Below are positions 38,717 through 50,911 of a stretch of DNA of 64,000 nt, piece after piece. The notes below the pieces were generated by a model, which saw only the letters and a program-made list of their open reading frames with translations, ran no database searches and was not told the DNA's origin. The DNA comes from an uncultured bacterium (GTDB lineage: Bacteria; Oederibacteriota; JAAXVQ01; JAUVAV01). The position numbers were made by a program, and so were the translations under genes. Position 1 is the stretch's first letter; every line of letters begins with the position of its first letter. The DNA is taken from assembly GCA_963710755.1 (NCBI GenBank), contig CAVQBK010000003.1, positions 64,001 through 128,000 on the forward strand. Reading direction: 5' to 3'.

Positions 38717-41700
38717 TTATGAGACCAGCCGCCTCACGGCCACCAAGGTAATGTCGTCGTCTTGTGATTCCATGAAGGTTGTCACGGATTTGAGGATTTG
38801 TTGCAGCAGCTCAGGACAGGTCGCGGCCGCTTGTTCCTGCAGCACGGTTTCCAATCGCTGCATTTGGTATTGTTCCCGTTCGGCATTGCGGCTTTCCACC
38901 GCGCCATCGGTATAGAGCAGCAACACATCCCCGGGCTGAAGCACAAAGGTGCCGGTCTTGGTCATTTTCTCAATCTCCGGTTTAATGCCCAGCCAAATAC
39001 CTTCCGTATTAATTGCCTCCACCGTAGCGCTGGCCGCCCGGTAGATCAACAGGCTTTCATGCCGTCCGGCGTAGGCAAAGCGGCCGTGGCCTTCGTGACA
39101 AAGGGCTACGAAGGTCATATATTCATTGGCCTGCAGGCGGTTGCGAATATTGTCATAGAGGGTATGGTTGAGGGCAATGATTAACTGCCGTGGATCCATG
39201 CCCGGCTGATGCACCAGGCTATTGGTCATCGCTTGCGCCATCATCATGATCAGCCCCGGGGTAACCCCGTGGCCGGTGACATCGCCCACAAAGAACCATT
39301 CCCGTTCCTGACGGTCACAAATGAAATCAAAATAATCACCGCCCACCTCTTCTGCTGGTTGCATCAGGCCTGCAATCTCAAAGTGGGGGTTATCATAGTG
39401 CTTGGGCAAAATGGCCGTCTGGATCTGCTGTGCTAATTCCATCTCCCGTTCCAGTCGCTTTTTTTCCACCATATCCTTGGCCAAAGTGGCATTTTCTATG
39501 GAGATGGACGCCTGGGTCAAGAGCACATTCAGCACTTCCAGGTCTTCTTCATTGAACACATCGCCGACCAGAGGATTGTCCAGGTAACATACTCCAATGG
39601 TTTCTTGGTGATGTTGCAGAGGGCTGGCCAAGATGGATTTTAAACTTTGACTGCGTACATCTTCCAACTCTTGGAAGCGCTCATCCTCCATGGCGTTGGC
39701 CGTCAGGATATAGCGCTGCTTGTCCAGCACCTGCTCGACAATGGCGCGGGAGACCGCCACCTCCTGACCGGGCGTGTCGTTTTGCCCGGTGTCTTGCTGG
39801 GCCACATTAACCAGCGTACCGGTGGGTTTGTCCTTCAAAAACAAATACCCCCGCTGGGCACCGGTAATGGCCACAGCCTTAGTGATGACCGTCTCCAACA
39901 ACAGATCAAGATCGAGGATGGAACTGATGCTTTGGGAGACATCAATAATAGAGGACAGGCGATTGCGGTTGATGATTTTCTGGGAAGTGCTCATGGTTGT
40001 TTCCGGGATGTCGACCAACGCTTTGAGCCGTTCCATGTAGGCAGCGGAAGAAATGGCTTCAAAGCGGCGGTAGGCAAGCTGCAGTTGTACCTGGGCTTCA
40101 TCTTCCTTGTGCAGGCTTTTCAAATATAAGCCGTACTCATAATGACTGCGGCCCTGCTCATAGGCACGTTCCAGTTTTTCCTGGTGACGAATGCTGGCCT
40201 CAAAGGTTTGTCGGGCCAGTTTGGGTTGATGATGAAGAGCGTAATATTGAGCGGCCAGCCTGAGGCTGCAGCCATAGCTCACGGGCCAGGCTTTGTTTTT
40301 TTTGAGGGCGGTTCGGCAAGCTTGGCCGATCCTGGCCAGCGCGCGCCGTTGGGCTATAGACCCGATGTCACTGCTGTTGGGAAAAGCCTGTTGATACTCA
40401 CGGATCAATAACTCGGCCACATAATTGTATACATAAACCGTATAGGTCTTGAGAAAATGATTTTTTTCATAGAGCGCTTTACTTTCCATAATAAAGGCCC
40501 GGGCTTGCGTAAGATCGCCCAACTCCATGTAAACTTCGCCCAGCATAAAGCAGAGTTTGCATTGCAAGAAAGCCACCCCGTGAGTTTTGGCATGCTCATA
40601 GCCTTGAAGACCCTGGCTGAGGGCATCCCCAAAGTCACCCAGCGTATAGGCCGTACGCATACCATTGATATAGGAGCTGGCAATATTATAATGATTCTGA
40701 GTACGATAGGCACTGGCGCGGTACTCGGCCACCATTTCGGGCATGTCCTTCAGATTCGCCAGGTACAGATTGCTTTTCATCACGCCGTTGACACTCATAT
40801 AGTACTCGCGTGTATCCCCGATGCGTTTAAAGGTGGCGATGGACTGCTGAAAATACTCATTGGCTTTACGGAACTGGCCGCTCCACTGGTGAGCAAAGCC
40901 CATAAACTGCAGGGTTTCGGCCATACCGGCAATATTATCCTCCTGCTTATGCAAAACGCGACTAGACTCCAGGACCGTCAGCGCTCCGGGGAATTTGCCA
41001 ATGGCCATGAGCAAGGAGCCGAACATGGTTCTGGCTTCAGCCAGATCAAGGCCCGTGGTTTCGGACCAGTTTAATTTAAATAATATGGTACGGATATATT
41101 TGAGCAGATTGCTGATGATATAGCCCCAAGTTAGGGCGCGCAAGGTTTTGATGACGATCTCCTCGTAGCGCCGGTTTTTGGGTTTTTTCGTATCCAAAAA
41201 TATCTTGGGCAAGCGGACATGGAGCCCATGAATGATTAATTCCTTGAGAATGCTAAAAATGACAGCCGGTGGTTTCACTGGAAAAGGCAAGCCCCGTTCC
41301 TTCATCAGCTGAGCCACCATTTCCTCCTGCTTGGCAAACTCCCCTTTTTTCAAATAAGCCTGGGTCAGATAGTTATAATAATCGGCCCGCTGCACCTTGT
41401 CTTCACTGGCGTTGAGTAGATCGTTGAATAAGGTGATGGCCTCGTCGGTTTGGCCGATCAGCAACTTGATTTCACCCACCTGAAAATGACAATCCTGCCA
41501 CAAGGTCCGGTCGTATTGGCCTTGGGAACGTTTCCTATGCAACACAGCGGACGCAGCTTCCAGATATTTCAGGGCATCTTCATTGGCGTAGTTGGCTTTG
41601 GCTTTGATCCCGGCGCGGTAGCAATAGTGCAGAATTTTGTCATCATCGCCGCATTCTTTATAGTGATAAGCCAGGTCAAACAAAGTCTCGCCCTGCGGCT

Positions 41701-43804
41701 CCGGTTCTTTTCGCTCCATGGCCTGGGCCACTTGGCGATGCAGGGTTTGACGTCTGCCTTCGGCAATGCTCTCATAAAAAGCCTGATTGATGCGATCGTG
41801 TACAAAAATAATCTTATCCCGTTCAAAACTGTCCTGTTCCAACAGTTGTAATTCATGGGCTTTGTCGATGATCTCAATTACGTCCTGCTTGGAATCGGGA
41901 CTGAGATCAAAGAGCAACCCCAGTTTAAACGAACGCCCTACAACGGAGGCCAGGGAGAGCAATTCTTTCTCCTGCGTTGAGAGCTTCTCAATGCGTTTGA
42001 TAATGATATCCACCGCCTGGCGGGGTACACTCACAGTCTGCAGACGAGCCGTATTGATCTGCCAGCCGCTTTCGCTGTTAAAAATTACCTGTTCTGCGGC
42101 CATTTGTTTAATAATTTCCAAACTGAAAAAAGGATTGCCTTTACCCTGGCGGTAGATAACTTCCGCCAAAGCCCGCAGCCCTGCCGGTTGGTCATGCAAT
42201 ACATGACTGACCAATTGTTCCACGTCATCCAAATGAAAGGCCTGCAAATTCAATTGACTTAAAGGCAGGTGGGCCTCTGCCGCCACGGCCTGCAGGCGGC
42301 TTAGGGAATGGCCGTCACCCACTTCATCTCGGCGATAGGTACCCAGCACCAGCAGCGGATGTTGGCCGATGTCCTGCATCAATTCTTCCAGCACACTGAG
42401 ACTGCCTTCATCAGCCCATTGCAGGTCATCAAAGAAGCAGACCAAGCCTTTTTCCATTTCAGCCAAGGTGAATAAAAAGGTTACCACCGTGGCAATAAAC
42501 CGCTTGAGCTCATTGTCAGCAGACAAAGACGCCAAGGGCGGGCATTCGTCCAGGAGTAGGGCCATACCCGGATGAATGTCGAGGATGATCCGGCCCAATT
42601 GACCCACCGCTTTTTGCAGCCGCGATTGGACCACCTCTTTTCTGGAGGCTTCAAATTTATTAAAAAGGTTGAGATAATTATCCAGCATTTCCTTGATGAT
42701 GCTGTAAGGCACTTGATTGTGGCTGGCAAAAAATTTACCTTGTAAAAAGATCTTATTTTGAGTCTGCACATCATTGCGCACTTCTTCCACCAGGCGAGTC
42801 TTGCCTTGCCCGGATTCTGCGCCAATAAAGAAAACCGAACCTTGCCCGTTGTAGGCCTGTCGCAATACTTGGCGCAAATGGGTTAGTTCCAGCGAACGTC
42901 CCAATAGCCCGGTGCGGAAGTTCAATTTTTTAAGCTTGTCCTTTTCACCGAGCCCAAAGCTTTCTTCGCCAGCCTTTAACCGTTCCAGATCTGCTATCAA
43001 GCCTTGTGCGGTTTGATAACGGTCTTCCTGATCTTTTTCCAGCAGCTTCATGATAATTTTTTCCAGCATAACCGTCAGATCGGGATTGAGCTTGCCTGGC
43101 GGAGTCGGAATTTTGGCAATGTGTTCATGAATGATGTCCGTAGCCGTCTGCCCGGTAAATGGTGGCTGCTGGCAGGCCAACGTGTACAACACCGCGCCCA
43201 GAGAATAAAGGTCGCTCCGTTCGTCAATGCTCTTTTTGATAATTCCGCCCTGTTCCGGCGCCATGGCACCAAAGGTGTCCTGACAATTCTGCTGTAGTTT
43301 TAGGGTGGTGAACTCTTTAACCTGCGCCAGGCCAAAATCAGTAACTTTAAGCCGGCCCTGCTCATTATAGAGGATATTGCTGGTCTTAAGGTCTTTGTGA
43401 ATGAGGCCGGCTTCATGGCAAACCGCCAAAGCCCGTGCGGCCTGAAGCGCAATGGCCATGATTTCCTGTTCACTAAAGTGACGCCGTTCTTTGAGATGAG
43501 CCGCCAGGCTTTTGCCGTCAAAGACCTCCATAACCATGAGGTAATGCTCTCGATGCTTGTCAATACTTTCAAGGTGGATCAAGCCTTCATGTCCGAGCTG
43601 GCTGGCAGCGAGCGCTTCTTTTTTAAAACGGATGTAATCTTCCACTTTGGTTGAAATCATTTCCGGTTTGAGGATTTTAATCGCTATTTGGTGGTGCTCT
43701 TGGTCGCTTGCCTTGACCGAATAAACCTGGGACAAACTGCCTTCACCCAGCAGAGTTTCAAAAGCATACTTGCCTTTAAAGTATTCGGTGATCAGTTGTT
43801 CCAT
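38717..43804 (-). CDS. Ser/Thr kinase - AAA ATPase - TPR - GAF - SpoIIE/PP2C phosphatase multidomain signalling protein
   Basis: LGEGS, AIK, HKDLKTSNIL, DFG, APE; GAESGQGKT, DDLQWAD, GNPFF; GAF; EVGGDYFD, GDVTGHG, LYTDG, DDITL. Confidence 0.93.
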   Translation of the reverse strand: MEQLITEYFKGKYAFETLLGEGSLSQVYSVKASDQEHHQIAIKILKPEMISTKVEDYIRFKKEALAASQLGHEGLIHLESIDKHREHYLMVMEVFDGKSLAAHLKERRHFSEQEIMAIALQAARALAVCHEAGLIHKDLKTSNILYNEQGRLKVTDFGLAQVKEFTTLKLQQNCQDTFGAMAPEQGGIIKKSIDERSDLYSLGAVLYTLACQQPPFTGQTATDIIHEHIAKIPTPPGKLNPDLTVMLEKIIMKLLEKDQEDRYQTAQGLIADLERLKAGEESFGLGEKDKLKKLNFRTGLLGRSLELTHLRQVLRQAYNGQGSVFFIGAESGQGKTRLVEEVRNDVQTQNKIFLQGKFFASHNQVPYSIIKEMLDNYLNLFNKFEASRKEVVQSRLQKAVGQLGRIILDIHPGMALLLDECPPLASLSADNELKRFIATVVTFLFTLAEMEKGLVCFFDDLQWADEGSLSVLEELMQDIGQHPLLVLGTYRRDEVGDGHSLSRLQAVAAEAHLPLSQLNLQAFHLDDVEQLVSHVLHDQPAGLRALAEVIYRQGKGNPFFSLEIIKQMAAEQVIFNSESGWQINTARLQTVSVPRQAVDIIIKRIEKLSTQEKELLSLASVVGRSFKLGLLFDLSPDSKQDVIEIIDKAHELQLLEQDSFERDKIIFVHDRINQAFYESIAEGRRQTLHRQVAQAMERKEPEPQGETLFDLAYHYKECGDDDKILHYCYRAGIKAKANYANEDALKYLEAASAVLHRKRSQGQYDRTLWQDCHFQVGEIKLLIGQTDEAITLFNDLLNASEDKVQRADYYNYLTQAYLKKGEFAKQEEMVAQLMKERGLPFPVKPPAVIFSILKELIIHGLHVRLPKIFLDTKKPKNRRYEEIVIKTLRALTWGYIISNLLKYIRTILFKLNWSETTGLDLAEARTMFGSLLMAIGKFPGALTVLESSRVLHKQEDNIAGMAETLQFMGFAHQWSGQFRKANEYFQQSIATFKRIGDTREYYMSVNGVMKSNLYLANLKDMPEMVAEYRASAYRTQNHYNIASSYINGMRTAYTLGDFGDALSQGLQGYEHAKTHGVAFLQCKLCFMLGEVYMELGDLTQARAFIMESKALYEKNHFLKTYTVYVYNYVAELLIREYQQAFPNSSDIGSIAQRRALARIGQACRTALKKNKAWPVSYGCSLRLAAQYYALHHQPKLARQTFEASIRHQEKLERAYEQGRSHYEYGLYLKSLHKEDEAQVQLQLAYRRFEAISSAAYMERLKALVDIPETTMSTSQKIINRNRLSSIIDVSQSISSILDLDLLLETVITKAVAITGAQRGYLFLKDKPTGTLVNVAQQDTGQNDTPGQEVAVSRAIVEQVLDKQRYILTANAMEDERFQELEDVRSQSLKSILASPLQHHQETIGVCYLDNPLVGDVFNEEDLEVLNVLLTQASISIENATLAKDMVEKKRLEREMELAQQIQTAILPKHYDNPHFEIAGLMQPAEEVGGDYFDFICDRQEREWFFVGDVTGHGVTPGLIMMMAQAMTNSLVHQPGMDPRQLIIALNHTLYDNIRNRLQANEYMTFVALCHEGHGRFAYAGRHESLLIYRAASATVEAINTEGIWLGIKPEIEKMTKTGTFVLQPGDVLLLYTDGAVESRNAEREQYQMQRLETVLQEQAAATCPELLQQILKSVTTFMESQDDDITLVAVRRLVS

Positions 43805-44147
43805 CAGTTTTCCCCTTATGAGCAGAGCACAGATTTATCATCCTCACTTGCGTGGGTAACACCATAAGCGGCATTCACGGGCATCGCGTCCGCTGCCAGT
43901 TATTGCACTCAGCATTAACGTTAGGGTCGGTTTTAAAAGGGATGAGCTTTAGGAGGTGAGAATGGCGGACCCGGTCGTCGGCCGATGACAACGGACTGTT
44001 TTTATTGGGTTTGGCTTGATCAAAAACAAATAAAATCTTTTATTCATAAGGAATTTATATTATTGCCTATTTTATTGTGCAATTGTGCGTTTTTCGTCCC
44101 CGAACCATTGCCAGCTTATTTTAAGGAAAACAAACATAGGCCATGCA

Positions 44148-44184
44148 TTAAAAAGCCGCCTGCAGATGACAGGCGGCTTTTTAA
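44148..44184. terminator. Rho-independent terminator after typA (symmetric)
   Basis: ttaaaaagccgcctg-cagatga-caggcggctttttaa. Confidence 0.8.
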
Positions 44185-44188
44185 AAAA

Positions 44189-46021
44189 TCAATTGCCGCT
44201 GTCACGCTGACGTTCCCAGCGTTTGCGTTCCAAGGCATCCAGCAATTTTTTACGCAGCCGTAAGTTCTTGGGTGTGACCTCCACCAATTCATCATCATTG
44301 ATATATTCGAGCATTTGTTCCAAACTCATTTTTCTTGGCGGTGGCACAGTCAGGGCTTCATCCGACGATTTGCTGCGTATGTTGGTGAGCTGTTTGGTTT
44401 TGGTGATGTTCACGGTCAGATCTTTTTCGCGACAATGTTCACCGATAATCATGCCTGGGTAAACCTCAGTGCCGGCGTCGATGAAATAGTCGCCCCTATC
44501 GGAGAGTTGAAAGAGCGCGTAGGCCGTGGCCATACCGGGCTGATCGGCTATGAGTACACCCCGTTGCCGGCCAATAACCCCACCGCGAAAAGGTTCATAA
44601 CCGGCCACGGTGTGATGCATGAGCCCTTCCCCGCGGGTAATGGATAGAAACTCCGTGCGAAAGCCCAACAGACAACGGGCTGGAATTTTAAAATCCACTT
44701 TGGTGCGGCCATCATTGGTGGTGTGCATGGCACCCATCTCCGCCTTGCGGCCGCCGAGGCGTTCTATGCAAGCGCCCACATCTTCACTGTTCACGTCAAT
44801 GCTTAAGTCTTCGAAAGGTTCGAGCACCTGCTGGTCCTGATGGTGCAGAATCACTTCCGGTTTGCTCACTTGAAATTCATAGCCTTCACGACGCATGGTT
44901 TCAATTAATATAGCCAGATGCAGTTCGCCCCGGCCGGAGACCTTCAATGCATCGGGAGAGTCTGTGTCTTCCACACGCATACTCAGGTTGGTAAGCGCCT
45001 CTTTGTAAAGCCGGTCGCGCAAATGGCGCGTGGTCACAAATTGTCCTTCCTTGCCTGCAAAAGGACTGTTATTAACACTGAAGACCATGGTCAGCGTAGG
45101 CTCATCAATGGCCAGACCCGGCAGGGCATCCGCTTGGTTGGGATCGGCAATGGTATCCCCAATAGTGATATCCTCCAGTCCCGACAGCACCACAATATCA
45201 CCGGCTTGCGCCTGGGCGCAGTCCGTCCTTTTTAAGCCTTGGTAAGTATAGAGGGCGGAAACTTTGAAGGCCATCTTGTCTTGATTTTTTAGCCGGATGG
45301 CCACCACTTGCTGGCCTTTATTAAGCATGCCCCGGGTAATGCGGCCAATAGCCAGACGCCCCAGGTAATCCGAGTAGTCGGTGCTGCTCACCAGCATTTG
45401 CAGCGGCAGGTCCGGCTGCACCTGTGGCCCGGGGATATCATGACTCAGGGCTGAAAAGAGAGGATCAAGATTACTATTGTCATTGTCCATCTCCTCGCGG
45501 GCATAGCCAAAGCGGGAACTACCGTAAAGTACGGTAAAATCCAGCTGCTCATCAGTGGCGCCCAAGGCCACAAAGAGATCAAAGACCTTGTCCAGCGTAG
45601 TGTGTGGTTCTGCATCAGGCCGGTCGATTTTGTTAATCATCACCACGGCCTTTAATCCCCGTTCCAGAGCTTTTTTAAGCACAAATTTGGTTTGCGGCAA
45701 TGGACCTTCAGCCGCATCCACCAGCAGCAACACGCCGTCCACCATTTGCATAATACGTTCCACTTCCCCGCCGAAATCAGCGTGGCCGGGCGTGTCAATA
45801 ATATTGAAATTAATGCCGTCCCGGACAATGGACACATGCTTGGAAAAAATCGTAATGCCCCGTTCCTTTTCCAGCTGGTTGTTGTCCATTACCCGCTCTT
45901 CCACTTGTTCGTGGGCGCTAAAGGTTCCTGATTGTTTGAGCATGGCGTCGATCAACGTGGTTTTACCGTGGTCGACATGGGCCACGATAGCCACATTGCG
46001 TACATCCTGACGAATGGTCAT
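44189..46021 (-). CDS. typA: Translational GTPase TypA/BipA
   Basis: [50 protein letters not shown]. Confidence 0.97.
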   Translation of the reverse strand: MTIRQDVRNVAIVAHVDHGKTTLIDAMLKQSGTFSAHEQVEERVMDNNQLEKERGITIFSKHVSIVRDGINFNIIDTPGHADFGGEVERIMQMVDGVLLLVDAAEGPLPQTKFVLKKALERGLKAVVMINKIDRPDAEPHTTLDKVFDLFVALGATDEQLDFTVLYGSSRFGYAREEMDNDNSNLDPLFSALSHDIPGPQVQPDLPLQMLVSSTDYSDYLGRLAIGRITRGMLNKGQQVVAIRLKNQDKMAFKVSALYTYQGLKRTDCAQAQAGDIVVLSGLEDITIGDTIADPNQADALPGLAIDEPTLTMVFSVNNSPFAGKEGQFVTTRHLRDRLYKEALTNLSMRVEDTDSPDALKVSGRGELHLAILIETMRREGYEFQVSKPEVILHHQDQQVLEPFEDLSIDVNSEDVGACIERLGGRKAEMGAMHTTNDGRTKVDFKIPARCLLGFRTEFLSITRGEGLMHHTVAGYEPFRGGVIGRQRGVLIADQPGMATAYALFQLSDRGDYFIDAGTEVYPGMIIGEHCREKDLTVNITKTKQLTNIRSKSSDEALTVPPPRKMSLEQMLEYINDDELVEVTPKNLRLRKKLLDALERKRWERQRDSGN

Positions 46022-46251
46022 GAGTGAAAATCCTTTCTTATTACCGTGACAAATTCACGCCGGCAGTTGGAGCTGCCGGGAATAGTTATAACAGGCTAAA
46101 AAAGCCTGTCTCAAGCGGGCTAGTTTACCGGGCCGAACGCCCTGTGGCAAGTGCTTTTTTAGCCTTGTCGGCCGGTAGGAACAGCAGGGAATCATTGCTA
46201 TTCCCACCCCAACCTGTTAAACTTTGCTATCATCTCAAAGGAGGTGAGGTC

Positions 46252-46719
46252 ATGAAAGACATCAAAGAAATTTATGATTATGCCATGCGTCTGGAAGAAA
46301 AAGGGGAACACTTTTACCGGATGTTTTCTTCCACCCTTCCCAATGCTGATGCCAGAATTTTATTTGAGTTCCTGGCCAATGAAGAATGCAAACACCGCAA
46401 AACGTTCAATGACCTCAAAGACGAAGCTGAAAGTATATTGGTCCGTACTGAGACCAAATCCGAATTCATGCATTTTATCCGCCATTTTGTCAATCAGATG
46501 CTCTTTGATGCCAATGAACTGAAGGGCCCGCTCGATCAGGTTTCTTCTCTGGAAAGCGCCTTGACCTTTGCCATGAACCGCGAGTCCCAGTCCGTGCTTT
46601 TTTATGAGGAAATGAAGCGTCTCGCTCCCCATGACATGCACGACTTTCTGGATGAAATCGTCAAGGAAGAGATAGGTCATTATTTGCGGCTATCTTCCCT
46701 CCTCGAGGCTGTGCATTAG
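46252..46719 (+). CDS. Ferritin-like/rubrerythrin-domain protein
   Basis: Two E..G/S..FY ... EE..H diiron half-sites; ATG 46252 after AAAGGAGG. Confidence 0.88.
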   Translation: MKDIKEIYDYAMRLEEKGEHFYRMFSSTLPNADARILFEFLANEECKHRKTFNDLKDEAESILVRTETKSEFMHFIRHFVNQMLFDANELKGPLDQVSSLESALTFAMNRESQSVLFYEEMKRLAPHDMHDFLDEIVKEEIGHYLRLSSLLEAVH

Positions 46720-46868
46720 GAATCAGGGCAACCGATTGCTCCACTTCCCGAGAATCGACTATTGAGAGTCGAAATTTTAGATTCGGGCGATTTTCTATTA
46801 TCGATTTTCATTTTTTTAAAAGAGACACTTGCTAGCGGTCAATTTGCTCAAGCTCTTAGTTCCTCACC

Positions 46869-48530
46869 TTATTTCACCACCTGCTGAAAAGCTTGGTAGG
46901 TCAAATAAGACCCGCTCAAAACCTTGGCCTTAAATCCGGACTGCACCAGAATGCGATAGGCAATATAGGCCCTGATCCCCACCCGACAAGTGACCCAATA
47001 CTCTTGCTCTTTTTTCAGTTCCTGCAACCGTGCCCGCAGGTCATCCACGGGAATGTTAAGGCTATCGGGAATCGCGCCCCATTTCACCTCCCCTTCGCTA
47101 CGCACATCCAACACCACCTGCCCGCTCTGGCGCTGTTCCAACTGGTCGCACTGCACCATCTCCACGTCTCCATGCAACCAATTGGCGGCCACAAACCCGA
47201 GAAAATTAACCGGGTCTTTGGCTGAGCTATAGGGTGGTGCATAACTTAATTCCAAATCTTCCAAATCAAACACCGTCAACTGCCCGCGCATGGCTGTGGC
47301 TAGCACATCAATGCGTTTTTCTACACCCTCCCGTCCTACGGCTTGGGCACCCAAAATGCGTCCGCTTTTATTTTCAAAGAGCAGCTTAAGATGCATTGGT
47401 TTGGCCCCGGGATAATAACCGGCGTGGCTGTAGGGATGGAGATATATTTTTAAATAATCCTGCTGGCTGCGGCGCAGTTGTTTTTCATTGAGGCCGGTCA
47501 TGGCAATGGTAAAATCCATTACCTTGCATACAGCAGTGCCCTGGGTATTTTTGTAGCTGCTCGGCCGGCCCATGATGTGGTCAGCCGCAATGCGGCCTTG
47601 GCGGTTAGCCGGACCGGCTAAAGGGATGAGTGCAGGCTGATGGTTGACAAAGTGTGTCACTTCCACCACATCACCTACAGCATAAACATCAGGGTTGCTG
47701 GTTTGCATATGCGCATTGACTTCAATGCCACCGGTTGATCCAAGTCGCAAGCCTGCACCCTTGGCCAAGGTGGTTTCCGGTTTAACCCCAATGGCCAAAA
47801 GAGCCAAATCACAGGCTATATGCTCTCCCTCATTGGTAACCACCACCAGCCGGTTATGCTCATTAGTAAAAGCTACCGCTCCTTGCTTTAATTTTATTAT
47901 AACCCCTAATTTACTAAGCCGATCTTGAACCAAAGAAACCATTTCCGGGTCAACGGCATTCATAATTTGATTGCTCATTTCAATTAAAATCGGATGATGC
48001 CCTTTCTCCAGGAGAGCCTCCACCATTTCCAAACCAATATATCCGGCACCGATCACCGCAATTTGAGCCTGTTTTTTCCCTTTTAAGTGTTCAATTATAT
48101 TGTCCATATCGGTTATATTTCTTAGAGTAACCACTCTTTCGTCGTTATTTCCCGGGATGGGTGGTTTGACCGGTTCCGCACCAGGACTGAGGATCAATTT
48201 ATCAAAAGATTCTTCATATTCTTTTAGAGTATCTAAAGACTTTATTCTAATACTCTTATTTTCAATATTTATTCCTATGACTTCCTGTTGGGTACGAATA
48301 TCAATATTAAAACGTTCACGCATAGCCTCGGGTGTTTGTACAATTAAATCGTCTCGGTTTTCAATAATCCCTCCAATATGATAGGGCAATCCACAGTTGG
48401 CAAAGGAAATATAGGGTCCTCTTTCCAACATAATAATTTCACTTTCTTCAGAGAGACGCCGTAGCCGGGCTGCAGCTGAAGCACCACCTGCAACAGCGCC
48501 AACCACGATAACTTTCAATGGTTTGTCCAT
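46869..48530 (-). CDS. CoA-disulfide/persulfide reductase with C-terminal rhodanese domain
   Basis: [46 protein letters not shown]...CRVGIR. Confidence 0.92.
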   Translation of the reverse strand: MDKPLKVIVVGAVAGGASAAARLRRLSEESEIIMLERGPYISFANCGLPYHIGGIIENRDDLIVQTPEAMRERFNIDIRTQQEVIGINIENKSIRIKSLDTLKEYEESFDKLILSPGAEPVKPPIPGNNDERVVTLRNITDMDNIIEHLKGKKQAQIAVIGAGYIGLEMVEALLEKGHHPILIEMSNQIMNAVDPEMVSLVQDRLSKLGVIIKLKQGAVAFTNEHNRLVVVTNEGEHIACDLALLAIGVKPETTLAKGAGLRLGSTGGIEVNAHMQTSNPDVYAVGDVVEVTHFVNHQPALIPLAGPANRQGRIAADHIMGRPSSYKNTQGTAVCKVMDFTIAMTGLNEKQLRRSQQDYLKIYLHPYSHAGYYPGAKPMHLKLLFENKSGRILGAQAVGREGVEKRIDVLATAMRGQLTVFDLEDLELSYAPPYSSAKDPVNFLGFVAANWLHGDVEMVQCDQLEQRQSGQVVLDVRSEGEVKWGAIPDSLNIPVDDLRARLQELKKEQEYWVTCRVGIRAYIAYRILVQSGFKAKVLSGSYLTYQAFQQVVK

Positions 48531-48572
48531 AATAAACTCCTTTTTTCATTTTAAAAATAACCAACAGCTGGT

Positions 48573-50822
48573 TTAAAGAGTGTTGGTCCCCTCAGCCAGT
48601 AAGACAGGTTGAATATGGGACTCTTCAACCAGCCAACAACGCTGATTATAACACACTTGTAAAATAAGCTTTAAATATAATGATTTTTGTGATCCTGACC
48701 AGGCCTGATGGAGTTTGATCTTTTGACTCAATTCCAGCCATTGCGTTTTCTGATCTTCATGCCTTTCTTTCTCTAAATATTTTATTTTATTCCTATTGGA
48801 ATAATAATAATCTAAAATTAATCCTTGCTGTTTATTTTCAAATTCCACTTTAAAGGATAATTGATTATTAATAGCTTCTTCCAATTGAGATTGGTCATTA
48901 GGATAATTTAATTTTGTTCTCATGGCTATTCTATAAATATTTTTGTTTTTATTTATTATAGTTAAAAAGCAGTTGCGTAATTCAATTTTAAATTGCAAGT
49001 TTTTATCATGAATGATTCGATTTTTTCCATAAACTAGGAGCTCAAAAGCTTGTACTGCACTGTCCAACCCATACGGATGATTTATCCAAAGCGATTGAAA
49101 CCAGTTGATGGTTCGTTCTTGCACTTTTATTCTGTTTTTATTCTCCCTCAGCCTGTTCAACCGTATTAAAAGCTTTAAAGCCATGCCAGCGCCAGATGGT
49201 AGGGCCTCGTCATACGGTTGCGTTAAGCGTTGAGGCAGATGGTTTTCCTGGGATTCTGCGGAATAAAAAACACCCTCTTCTGGGTTAAAAAAATAACTTA
49301 TCATTTTTTCGCTTATATTTTCTGCTTTATCCAACCATAGATGATTTTGGGTAACATCGAATAAATCTACCAAACTGTTTCCCAGATAAGCATAATCTTC
49401 TAAATAACCGGGACTTGGCGGCTCATGATCTATAATTGAGTGAAAAAGTCTTTTTTCATCACTTAAGTTGACTAATAACCATTGTGCAAGGGCTTCGGCT
49501 TCTTTAATCCATGTTGGCCGCTTAAATACTCGTCCTGCTTGTGAAAATCCCGATATTAATAGGCTGTTCCAGGAAGTAATAATCTTGGTATCTTTAGACG
49601 GTTTTGGTCGTTGTTCTCTTTGCTGTAAAAGAATGGTTTTTAATTGCTTTAAACGAGGCTCGCAAATCAATTTAGTTAAGTGCAAAATATTTTTCCCAGT
49701 CTTTTTGCCGGTTATCTCATTTTGATAATTACCATCCTTGCTCACAGAAAAAACATTTAACCCATAATCCGCTTCCGAACCAGAAAGGCTATCTTTTAAG
49801 TCTTCATAGCTCCAAAGATAATAAGCACTGTCTGCATCCAAGGCAGTATAAAACCCGCCTTGTTCAGCTTTCATTTCCCGGCAGAGCCAAGCGATTAACT
49901 CTTCCACGACTTCCTGATAAAGCGGCGATTGCAAACGTTCAAAACCAAGACTGAAACTTTTAAGCAAGAGGGCATTATCATACAGCATTTTTTCAAAATG
50001 CGGAACCAGCCATTTTTCATCAGTACAATAACGATGAAACCCCCCGCCCAGGTGATCACGCAGACCACCCTTGGCCATGGCATCCAGGGTGCTTCTGAAC
50101 ATGATCAAGGTTTGCTGGTCACTTTCAGCACTGCTCCTGGTGGCCAGGTTTTCCAGGATCTGATGAGAAGGAAATTTTGGTTTGTGACCAAACCCGCCAT
50201 GCACATCATCAAATTGGTCAGCATAACGCTGATTAGCCTCAGCCACAATAGTATCTATGCTTTTCAGCTCCTGCACCTCTGACCTAACCTGTTGTTGCAT
50301 CAGCCCGATGGCTTCATCCATTTTTTTTGCCTGTTGCGCTATCAGGGACTTTTGTGTCCTCCAAACGGAAGCCAACTGCTGCAACATGGTCTCAAACCCC
50401 GGTTGACCATGACGCCCTTCCTTGGGAAAGTAGCCTCCGCAATACCAAGGTTTTTTGTCGGCTTGCAGCCAGAGGGAATTGGGCCAGCCTCCATAACCGG
50501 TAAACAGCTGGGTGGCCAGCATATAATAGCTGTCCACATCGGGTAATTCTTCCCGGTCTGCTTTGATGGCGATATAGTCCTGATTCAGGATAGTGGCTAC
50601 CTCAGGATCATCGAAAACCTCGTGGCTCATCACATGGCACCAGTGACAGGTGGCATATCCTATGGACAAAAAAACCGGTTTGTTTTCTTTTCGTGCCAGG
50701 GCGAACGCTTCCTCCCCCCATGGCCACCACGCTATGGCCTGATGCGCATGCTGTTGTAAATAGGGATTGTGGCTCATCCGCAAGCGGTTGGGTTGAACCC
50801 CGTCCACTCCATCTTCGGCCAT
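48573..50822 (-). CDS. YyaL/SPATA20-like thioredoxin-domain protein
   Basis: NRL...[57 protein letters not shown]. Confidence 0.9.
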   Translation of the reverse strand: MAEDGVDGVQPNRLRMSHNPYLQQHAHQAIAWWPWGEEAFALARKENKPVFLSIGYATCHWCHVMSHEVFDDPEVATILNQDYIAIKADREELPDVDSYYMLATQLFTGYGGWPNSLWLQADKKPWYCGGYFPKEGRHGQPGFETMLQQLASVWRTQKSLIAQQAKKMDEAIGLMQQQVRSEVQELKSIDTIVAEANQRYADQFDDVHGGFGHKPKFPSHQILENLATRSSAESDQQTLIMFRSTLDAMAKGGLRDHLGGGFHRYCTDEKWLVPHFEKMLYDNALLLKSFSLGFERLQSPLYQEVVEELIAWLCREMKAEQGGFYTALDADSAYYLWSYEDLKDSLSGSEADYGLNVFSVSKDGNYQNEITGKKTGKNILHLTKLICEPRLKQLKTILLQQREQRPKPSKDTKIITSWNSLLISGFSQAGRVFKRPTWIKEAEALAQWLLVNLSDEKRLFHSIIDHEPPSPGYLEDYAYLGNSLVDLFDVTQNHLWLDKAENISEKMISYFFNPEEGVFYSAESQENHLPQRLTQPYDEALPSGAGMALKLLIRLNRLRENKNRIKVQERTINWFQSLWINHPYGLDSAVQAFELLVYGKNRIIHDKNLQFKIELRNCFLTIINKNKNIYRIAMRTKLNYPNDQSQLEEAINNQLSFKVEFENKQQGLILDYYYSNRNKIKYLEKERHEDQKTQWLELSQKIKLHQAWSGSQKSLYLKLILQVCYNQRCWLVEESHIQPVLLAEGTNTL

Positions 50823-50911
50823 ATCTTACCTCCATCTCCCGGTACGATTCCATCTGCATCCTCGTCCCACCCCTGGTCCAGAAGCAATAAAATCCTTTAA
50901 AATAAGGAATT

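Noticed and set aside
43810-44000. Possible riboswitch upstream of the kinase gene
   Set aside because: Some pairing potential but no recognisable aptamer consensus
45555-46010. Long antisense ORFs here and over other genes (for example 12612..13334, 40457..41074)
   Set aside because: Shadow frames of well-supported genes on the opposite strand
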